Shown here: positions 37,224 through 43,781 of the stretch, piece after piece
How positions within the stretch are numbered: position 1 is the stretch's first letter
How the letters are laid out: each line of letters opens with the position of its first letter
Assembly (NCBI GenBank): GCA_009781225.1
Contig: WQYN01000001.1
Span: 1-43,781 of the forward strand
Length of the DNA stretch: 43,781 nucleotides
From: Micrococcales bacterium
GTDB taxonomy: Bacteria; Actinomycetota; Actinomycetes; Actinomycetales; WQXJ01
Direction: 5' to 3'
Position numbers and translations under genes: made by a program
Notes under the pieces: generated by a model
The model's database searches: none
The model's input: only the letters and a program-made list of their open reading frames with translations
Told to the model about the DNA's origin: nothing

Positions 37224-38147
37224 TCACAAGATGGGAGGGGGATCCGTCTCAACTGGGTCAAGCTCATCGACATCCTGGCAGGTCCCGAGCATGCCTTCAA
37301 GCGACGTTCTCTCCGCCTGCGACTCCAGCCCAAGGTTGTAGGTCGCCTTGATGGCGACCCAGCGCACCGCGTAGCTGCACAGGGCTTGCTTGTTGGCGGG
37401 CTCCCAGTCCTGGGGAGCCTTGTCGCCCTTGGCCCGGTTCGCTGACGCCAGAACGGAGACCAGCACGAGCGGATCGTTCGCGAACTTCTGCCGCGTTGCC
37501 TTGTCCCATTCCCAGGCCCCCGTCCGCCACGCCGCCGCGAGGGGAACGACATGGTCAATGTCGATCTGCGTCGGGGAGGTGAGCACTTGCAGGGTGTACG
37601 GGTCGGTCCAGGTGCCGGATTCCACCTTGCACTTGGCCCCCACGGTGACCGTCTCCGCATCGCGAATGAGCGACGCCTGCCGCGCATTGCAGCCACCGGG
37701 CTTGGCGGCCCAGCCCCAGTCGGTGACGCTGGCCCCCTTCCAATGGGGGAACTCGGTCCTCTTGTACGCCCCCACGGGTTCGGCCGCCAACTCCAGATCG
37801 TCGAGAGCCTTGAAGGCCCAGGCGGGGGTGTCCTCGCCGGGGAGCGAGTGGGCGAGGATTCCCGTCACCAGCTCCGGGCCCAGCAACCGTGCGTCGCGCG
37901 ACTGAGGCGAGAAGATCGGCGTCGGCAGGATCGTGATGTCGGGTGTCGGTTCGACTGTTGGTTCGACCGTTGGTTCGATCGTTGGTTCGACAGTGATAGT
38001 CGGCTCGATCGTGTTAGTCGGCCCCGTCGTCGTCACCACGCTGGTCGGATCGTCCTCCGCCTCGTGGATCACGCACCCGGCCACCGGCCACACCATCGCG
38101 ACCGCAACAACAATTCCCAGTTTTCTTAGGTCCCAAGCCATGGCCAC
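37224..38147 (-). CDS. Lipoprotein with C-terminal DUF1524 (GmrSD C-terminal-like, His-Me finger) nuclease domain
   Basis: Signal peptide with lipobox (VAVAMVWPVAG-C). Repetitive Pro/Thr/Glu linker (IEPTITVEPTIEPTVEPTVEPTP). DUF1524 catalytic region (IDIDHVVPLAAAW ... SANRAKGDKAPQDW). The ATG at 38141 is an alternative start. Confidence 0.8.
   Translation of the reverse strand: MAMAWDLRKLGIVVAVAMVWPVAGCVIHEAEDDPTSVVTTTGPTNTIEPTITVEPTIEPTVEPTVEPTPDITILPTPIFSPQSRDARLLGPELVTGILAHSLPGEDTPAWAFKALDDLELAAEPVGAYKRTEFPHWKGASVTDWGWAAKPGGCNARQASLIRDAETVTVGAKCKVESGTWTDPYTLQVLTSPTQIDIDHVVPLAAAWRTGAWEWDKATRQKFANDPLVLVSVLASANRAKGDKAPQDWEPANKQALCSYAVRWVAIKATYNLGLESQAERTSLEGMLGTCQDVDELDPVETDPPPIL
37948..37995. 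repeat. Four tandem copies of a 12-bp unit GGTTCGAYNGTK inside the nuclease linker
   Basis: The four units read ggttcgactgtt, ggttcgaccgtt, ggttcgatcgtt and ggttcgacagtg. They encode the (T/I)VEPT linker repeats on the minus strand. Degenerate copies flank them out to about 38015. Confidence 0.85.
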
Positions 38148-38276
38148 GACCCTACTCGCGCCGACCCCGTTTGTGACCGGGAATCTCCGGCGTGTTCCAC
38201 TCGGCTACGTTGTCACGCGAGGGGGCTGGGGTGGCGCCCGACAACGCGACCTGGGGTCGTCATCGTGCACACTCGG

Positions 38277-40367
38277 CTACGTTGTTGCGTCGCGGATCTG
38301 CCGGTACTCCTTCTTGAGCTCGGCGATCTCATCGCGCAGCCGGGCCGCCAGCTCGAAGCGCAGCTCATCGGCGGCCGCGCGCATCTGGTCCATGAGCTCG
38401 TTGATGAGATCCGCGAGCTCCCCCAGCGTCTGTTTTGCCGGCCCTCGGGCGGTGCGCGGGACCAGAACCCGCACCCGCGCACCCACATCGGTGTCCACAC
38501 CAGCCCGGAGCAGCATGTCGGTGACATCGGCGATCTTCTTGCGCAACGGCGTGGGATCAATACCGCGGTCCTCGTTGAAGGCAACCTGCTTGGCGCGGCG
38601 CCGGTTGGTCTCGTTGATCGCCTGACGCATGGCCGGCGTCACCTCATCGGCGTACATCCTCACCTGCCCCGCCACGTTGCGCGCCGCCCGCCCGATCGTC
38701 TGGATGAGCGAGGTTGCCGACCGCAAGAACCCGGCCTTGTCTGCGTCGAGGATCGCCACGAGAGAGACCTCCGGCAGGTCCAGGCCCTCCCGCAGGAGGT
38801 TGATCCCCACGAGCACGTCGAACTCCCCCAGGCGAAGCTCCCGCAGCAGCTCAACCCGGCGCAAGGTGTCAACATCCGAATGCAGGTACTGGACCTTGAT
38901 GCCGCGCCCCGCCAGGTAGTCGGTGAGATCCTCGGCCATCTTCTTCGTCAGCGTCGTGACGAGCACCCGCTCGTCCCGCTCGACCCTCTCCCCGATTTGC
39001 TCCACCAGATCGTCAATCTGCCCCTCGGTCGGCCGCACCACGACTTCCGGATCCACGAGCCCCGTTGGCCTGATGATCTGCTCAACCACCCCATCCGACA
39101 GCGACAGTTCATAGGGCCCCGGCGTGGCCGACATGTAGAGGGTCTGCCCGATCCGCTGCGTGAACTCCTCCCAGGTCAGCGGGCGGTTGTCGAGCGCCGA
39201 TGGCAGGCGGAAGCCATGCTCCACGAGCACCCTCTTCCGAGACGAGTCCCCCTCAAACATCGCCCCGATCTGCGGCACCGTCACATGGGACTCGTCGATG
39301 ACCAGGAGGAAATCCTCCGGGAAGTAGTCGAGGAGCGTCGCCGGAGGACTCCCCGCCTCACGCCCATCAATATGCCTCGAGTAGTTCTCGATCCCGGAGC
39401 AGGTCCCGATCTGCCGCATCATCTCCACGTCGTAGGTTGTGCGCATCCGCAGCCGCTGGGCTTCGAGCAGCTTCTCCTCGCCATCCAAGACCGCCAGCCG
39501 CTGCGCCAGCTCCGCCTCAATGCCCTCGATCGCCCGGTTCATCCGCTCAGCGCCAGCAACATAGTGCGAGGCCGGGAAGATGTGGACCACCTCTTCGACC
39601 CGCAGCACCTCCCCCGTGAGCGGATGCAGCGTCGCGACCGCCTCCACCTCGTCCCCAAAGAACTCGATCCGGATCGCCATCTCCTCATACATGGGGATGA
39701 TCTCGACCGTGTCACCCCGCACGCGAAACGTCCCGCGCGTGAATGCCAGGTCGTTGCGCGTGTACGCCATGTCAACAAATCGCCGCAACAGCTGATCGCG
39801 CACGATGACGTCCCCCACCGAGACCTGCACCATCTGGTCGACATACTCCTGAGGTGTTCCCAGCCCGTAGATGCACGACACCGAGGCGACAACCACAACA
39901 TCGCGCCTGGTCAGCAGGTGGGACGTCGCCGCATGCCGCAGCCGCTCGATCTCGTCGTTGATCGAGGAATCCTTCTCGATGTAGGTGTCCGTCTGCGGCA
40001 CATAGGCCTCAGGCTGGTAGTAGTCGTAGTAGGACACGAAGTACTCGACCGCGTTGTTCGGCAGCAACTCCCGCAGCTCCGAGGTCAGCTGCGCCGCCAA
40101 CGTCTTGTTCGGCGCAATCACGAGCGTGGGCCGCTGCACCCGCTCAATGAGCCACGCCGCCGTCGCCGACTTCCCCGTCCCCGTCGCCCCGAGGAGTACG
40201 ACATCCTTTTCCCCCGCGTTGACTCGCCGTTCGAGGTCCTCGATCGCCTGCGGCTGGTCCCCCGCCGGCTCCCAGTCCGCCACCACCTCAAAGGGGGCAA
40301 CGGTTCGGACGAGGTCAACTGCTGGGCGCACCCTCCCACCGTAACCAACCCACAGCCCCCACCGCAC
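38277..40367 (-). CDS. uvrB: Excinuclease ABC subunit B
   Basis: Motifs [18 protein letters not shown], Walker [13 protein letters not shown] and DESHVT, helicase motifs, and a C-terminal UVR domain ([20 protein letters not shown]). The GTG at 40367 overlaps coaE by 53 nt. A GTG at 40331 is an alternative, so the start is uncertain. Confidence 0.93.
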   Translation of the reverse strand: MRWGLWVGYGGRVRPAVDLVRTVAPFEVVADWEPAGDQPQAIEDLERRVNAGEKDVVLLGATGTGKSATAAWLIERVQRPTLVIAPNKTLAAQLTSELRELLPNNAVEYFVSYYDYYQPEAYVPQTDTYIEKDSSINDEIERLRHAATSHLLTRRDVVVVASVSCIYGLGTPQEYVDQMVQVSVGDVIVRDQLLRRFVDMAYTRNDLAFTRGTFRVRGDTVEIIPMYEEMAIRIEFFGDEVEAVATLHPLTGEVLRVEEVVHIFPASHYVAGAERMNRAIEGIEAELAQRLAVLDGEEKLLEAQRLRMRTTYDVEMMRQIGTCSGIENYSRHIDGREAGSPPATLLDYFPEDFLLVIDESHVTVPQIGAMFEGDSSRKRVLVEHGFRLPSALDNRPLTWEEFTQRIGQTLYMSATPGPYELSLSDGVVEQIIRPTGLVDPEVVVRPTEGQIDDLVEQIGERVERDERVLVTTLTKKMAEDLTDYLAGRGIKVQYLHSDVDTLRRVELLRELRLGEFDVLVGINLLREGLDLPEVSLVAILDADKAGFLRSATSLIQTIGRAARNVAGQVRMYADEVTPAMRQAINETNRRRAKQVAFNEDRGIDPTPLRKKIADVTDMLLRAGVDTDVGARVRVLVPRTARGPAKQTLGELADLINELMDQMRAAADELRFELAARLRDEIAELKKEYRQIRDATT

Positions 40368-40935
40368 GCCTCACCTGGTCTTCCAGGCTCTCCACCGTCC
40401 CACTCCCATCAAGGACGATGGCGGCGATCGCCTCGCGCTCCTCATCGCTTACCTGAGCAGCAATCCGGGCTTTTGCCTGGTCACGGGTCATGTTCCGCTC
40501 CGAAACCGCCCTGGCGATCCGCGTCTCGACAGGAGCCGACACCGTGATCACCAGGTCCCACTCCCCCGCATCCCCCGTCTCGGTCAGCAACGGGAAATCG
40601 ACCATGACAGCCGGCGCGCCCTGCGCTTCCCACGCCCTCTCCTGCTCGCGCGCCCGAGCCCAGATAAGCGGATGGAGGATGGCTTGAAGATCCCGACGTC
40701 CGTCATCGTCCGCAAAGACTTGGGCGGCCAGACGCGCGCGATCAAGAGTGCCGTCATCGTCCACCAGGGTCGGACCGAATCGCGCCGTGATGGCGTCGAG
40801 CGCGGGCGAGGGCGGGCTCGTGAGCTCGCGGGCGAGGGCGTCGAGGTCGATCACGGGCAGGCCGTGGGACGCGAAAAGCCTGGCTGCCGTGGATTTCCCG
40901 GCGGCCAGGCCTCCCGTGAGCGCAACGCGGCGCAT
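40315..40935 (-). CDS. coaE: Dephospho-CoA kinase
   Basis: ORF 40315..40983 trimmed to the ATG at 40933-40935 ([20 protein letters not shown], a P-loop), 4 nt after the rpsA stop. Confidence 0.88.
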   Translation of the reverse strand: MRRVALTGGLAAGKSTAARLFASHGLPVIDLDALARELTSPPSPALDAITARFGPTLVDDDGTLDRARLAAQVFADDDGRRDLQAILHPLIWARAREQERAWEAQGAPAVMVDFPLLTETGDAGEWDLVITVSAPVETRIARAVSERNMTRDQAKARIAAQVSDEEREAIAAIVLDGSGTVESLEDQVRRAVGAVGWLRWEGAPSS

Positions 40936-40939
40936 TGTA

Positions 40940-42406
40940 TTAGCTGCTGGTGAGCTTGTCCCGGAGCGCGGCGAGCGCCTCATCCGAGGCGAGGGTGCCC
41001 TCTTGGCTTTCGCTCTCGTCTGCCGAGGAGTAGTTGGGCTCGGGGCCGGCGTCGACCGCGGCTTCCTCGGCGCGCTGGGCGTCGGCGACCTGCTTCTTGT
41101 GAGCCTCCCAGCGGGCGAAGGCGGCGGCGTACTCCGCTTCCCAGGCCTCGCGCTGGGTCTCGTAGCCCTCGAGCCACTCGCCGACCTCGGGGTCGAAGCC
41201 TTCGGGGTACTTGTAGTTGCCGTCGGCGTCGTACTCCGTGGTCATGCCGTAGAGCGCCGGGTCGAAGGTCGCCTCGTCGCCATCGGGGTCCACGCCCTCA
41301 TTGGCTTGCTTGAGGGACAGGGAGATGCGGCGCCGGTCCAGCTCAATGTCGATGACCTTGACGAAGACGGGATCGCCGACGTGAACGACCTGCTCAGGAA
41401 GCTCGACGTGACGCACGGCCAGCTCGGAGATGTGGATGAGACCTTCGATGCCATCCTCGACGGAGACGAAGGCGCCGAAGGGGACGAGCTTGGTGACGTT
41501 GCCGGGGACGACCTGGCCGATCGCGTGGGTGCGGGCGAAGAGCTGCCAGGGATCCTCCTGGGTTGCCTTGAGCGACAGGGAGATGCGCTCGCGATCGCGT
41601 TCGACGCTGAGGACCTCGACCGTGACCTCCTGGCCGACCTGGACAACCTCAAGCGGGTGGTCAATGTGCTTCCACGACAGCTCAGAGACGTGGACAAGGC
41701 CGTCCACTCCGCCGAGGTCGACAAAGGCGCCGAAGTTGACGATGGAGGAGACCACGCCGGAGCGCAGCTGGCCCTCGGCGATCTGCTGGAGGAAGGTGGA
41801 GCGGACCTCGGACTGGGTCTGCTCGAGCCAGGCGCGGCGCGAGAGGACAACGTTGTTGCGGTTCTTGTCCAGCTCGATGATCTTCGCGTCCAGCTGCTTG
41901 CCGACGTAGGGCAGCAGGTCTCGCACACGGCGCATCTCGACGAGCGAGGCCGGGAGGAAACCGCGCAGGCCGATGTCGACGATGAGGCCGCCCTTGACGA
42001 CCTCGATGACCGTTCCCGTGACGACCCCGTCTTCCTCGCGCACCTTCTCGATGGCGCCCCAGGCGCGCTCGTATTGGGCGCGCTTCTTGGAGAGGATGAG
42101 GCGGCCTTCCTTGTCCTCCATCTGGAGAACGAGCGCCTCCGTGCGGTCGCCGACCGAGACGACCTCAGAGGGTTCGACGTCGTGCTTGATCGACAGCTCG
42201 CGGGCGGGGATGACACCTTCGGTCTTGTAGCCGATGTCGAGGAGGACTTCGTCCCGGTCGACTTTGACAACGACACCTTCGACGATGTCTCCGTCGTTGA
42301 AGTACTTAATGGTCTCGTCGATTGCGGCGAGGAGATCCTCCTCGGTCCCGATGTCGTTGACGGCGACTTCCGAAGGCTCCGAGGGGGGCTGTGTTGTAGT
42401 GGTCAT
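40940..42406 (-). CDS. rpsA: 30S ribosomal protein S1
   Basis: 488 aa with four S1 (OB-fold) repeats, for example GDIVEGVVVKVDRDEVLLDIGYKTEGVIP and GQVVPGNVTKLVPFGAFVSV, and an acidic C-terminal tail. Confidence 0.96.
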   Translation of the reverse strand: MTTTTQPPSEPSEVAVNDIGTEEDLLAAIDETIKYFNDGDIVEGVVVKVDRDEVLLDIGYKTEGVIPARELSIKHDVEPSEVVSVGDRTEALVLQMEDKEGRLILSKKRAQYERAWGAIEKVREEDGVVTGTVIEVVKGGLIVDIGLRGFLPASLVEMRRVRDLLPYVGKQLDAKIIELDKNRNNVVLSRRAWLEQTQSEVRSTFLQQIAEGQLRSGVVSSIVNFGAFVDLGGVDGLVHVSELSWKHIDHPLEVVQVGQEVTVEVLSVERDRERISLSLKATQEDPWQLFARTHAIGQVVPGNVTKLVPFGAFVSVEDGIEGLIHISELAVRHVELPEQVVHVGDPVFVKVIDIELDRRRISLSLKQANEGVDPDGDEATFDPALYGMTTEYDADGNYKYPEGFDPEVGEWLEGYETQREAWEAEYAAAFARWEAHKKQVADAQRAEEAAVDAGPEPNYSSADESESQEGTLASDEALAALRDKLTSS

Positions 42407-42683
42407 GAGGTTGATGTGGCTCCGATGCTGGAGGGTTGCTGACGTATGGACGTGTGGACAAATGGTCCCCCTGGCCTTCGAGGCGGACGCGCGCGCACCG
42501 TCTCGACACTATGGGGCCATTGGGGGCCAAGTTTAGCGGACGCCCTCTAGGGCCCGCCATCCAGCGAGGTCACATTCCGGTCACAATCGCGCGGTCGGGG
42601 TAACCCTCGTGGGGTTCGCGACACAGCTTGGGTGGCTCCCGGCACACCACCTGCACCCGCGCCCCGATCCGCTCGCCTGCCCC

Positions 42684-43709
42684 CTAGACCAGACCTTGGG
42701 CGACCGCGATGAGATCGTCCGGGACCGTCTTCAGCTTCCCCGCGATGTCCTTAAGCGGAACCAACGCGATCTTCTCGGTCTCCAGGGCTGTCATGACTCC
42801 CGACCTCCCCGCGTGGATCGCGTCGACCGCGGCGACGCCGAACCTCGACCCGAGGATCCTGTCCGAGGCGGTGGGTGTCCCCCCGCGCTGGACGTGCCCC
42901 AGCACAGTGACTCGCGTCTCGAACCCCGTCCGGCTCGCGATCTCCGCCCCAATCCGCGACCCGATCGAGCCCGCGATAATCGACCCGTGGGAATCCATCG
43001 GGGTCGAGAAGTCCATCGACGTCCCCGGCGCCGGCACCGCACCTTCCGCAACCGCAACAATCGAGAAATTCGCATGCGAACGATGGCGATGGCTCAGGTG
43101 GTCTGCGACCTCATCAATGTCGAAGGGTACTTCCGGAATGAGGATGACGTCCGCGCCTCCAGCGATGCCCGCCCCCACAGCGATCCAGCCGGCATGGTGT
43201 CCCATGACCTCGACCACCATGATCCGGTTGTGGGACTCCGCCGTCGTGTGGAGCCGATCAATCGCCTCCGTCGCGATCGACACCCCCGTGTGGAATCCGA
43301 TAGACAGCTCCGTGCCCACCACGTCGTTGTCAATGGTCTTGGGAATCCCCACGACCTTGACCCCCGACTGCGAGACCCGGTTGGCCGCCTTGAGCGTGCC
43401 GTCCCCCCCGATGCAGACAAGCGCCTCGACCCGCTCAGCCTCCAAGACCCGGGCAACCCGCTCGAGTGACCCGTCCTTCCTCGACGGATGGAACCGCGCC
43501 GTGCCCAGGATGGTCCCCCCACTAGGCAGCATGTTCCGCAGCTGAGACCGCGTCAGCGGCATGAAGTCCCCCTCCGCCGCCCCACGCCACCCGTTCTTGA
43601 ACCCGATGACGGAGTCGCCGTACTCCAGCTCTGCCCTCTTTACTACTGCTCTGATCGCTGCATTTAGGCCGGGGCAGTCGCCCCCGCCTGTCAAAACCCC
43701 AACTCGCAT
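42684..43709 (-). CDS. pfkA: 6-phosphofructokinase (phosphoryl donor uncertain: ATP or PPi)
   Basis: 341 aa. Motifs GVLTGGGDCPGLNAAIRAVV, IGGDGT, GIPKTIDNDV and MGHHAGW. Confidence 0.9.
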   Translation of the reverse strand: MRVGVLTGGGDCPGLNAAIRAVVKRAELEYGDSVIGFKNGWRGAAEGDFMPLTRSQLRNMLPSGGTILGTARFHPSRKDGSLERVARVLEAERVEALVCIGGDGTLKAANRVSQSGVKVVGIPKTIDNDVVGTELSIGFHTGVSIATEAIDRLHTTAESHNRIMVVEVMGHHAGWIAVGAGIAGGADVILIPEVPFDIDEVADHLSHRHRSHANFSIVAVAEGAVPAPGTSMDFSTPMDSHGSIIAGSIGSRIGAEIASRTGFETRVTVLGHVQRGGTPTASDRILGSRFGVAAVDAIHAGRSGVMTALETEKIALVPLKDIAGKLKTVPDDLIAVAQGLV

Positions 43710-43762
43710 ACCCGCAACCCTACCCGCGCCCCCACCCGCTCACCAATCCCCGAGGCGCCGCG

Positions 43763-43781
43763 CCCCCCCCCCCCCCCCCCC
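43763..43781. repeat. Terminal 19-nt poly-C homopolymer, probably a contig-end or sequencing artefact
   Basis: An uninterrupted run of C from 43763 to the last base of the window. Confidence 0.8.

Noticed and set aside
37224-38147. Possibility that the DUF1524 gene marks a GmrSD-type restriction/defence system
   Set aside because: There is no DUF262/ParB-like N-terminal NTPase domain in the protein or in a neighbouring gene. The protein also carries a lipoprotein export signal, which is inconsistent with a cytoplasmic type IV restriction enzyme.
43763-43781. 19-nt poly-C tract at the very end of the window
   Set aside because: It sits exactly at the sequence end with no partner structure. 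This pattern is typical of contig-end or two-colour-chemistry homopolymer artefacts rather than biology, so I list it as a feature only for completeness.

Overview
High-GC actinobacterial chromosome segment. rbpA, whiA and a DUF4191 gene point to Actinomycetota, and gene order and codon usage look Actinomycetaceae-like. Positions 1-15,942 are conserved housekeeping genes, almost all on the minus strand: glnA (5' fragment), DUF4191, lpdA, rbpA, secG, tpiA, pgk, gap, whiA, yvcK, rapZ and uvrC. A plus-strand secreted CHAP/lectin-like/FN3 wall hydrolase follows and converges on uvrA, which has a LexA box upstream. Between uvrA and uvrB lies a roughly 22-kb accessory slot. It holds one 16.7-kb ORF for a 5,558-aa Ig-repeat surface protein, the anaerobic glycerol-3-phosphate dehydrogenase operon glpABC, and a lipoprotein DUF1524 (His-Me finger) nuclease. 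The right end carries uvrB, coaE, rpsA and a phosphofructokinase, and the window stops in a poly-C run that looks like a contig-end artefact. I recognised no tRNA, rRNA, CRISPR, IS element, integrase or classical defence system. The most unusual signal is a 4.67-kb in-frame block inside the giant adhesin gene (about 24,638-29,320). Its synonymous codon positions run as a smooth cline from almost purely G/T-ending at the left to almost purely C/A-ending at the right. Both edges are abrupt and sit at homologous positions of the domain repeat. I cannot explain this with any standard feature type. It deserves checking as a recombined cassette, a strand-asymmetric mutational footprint, or an assembly problem.
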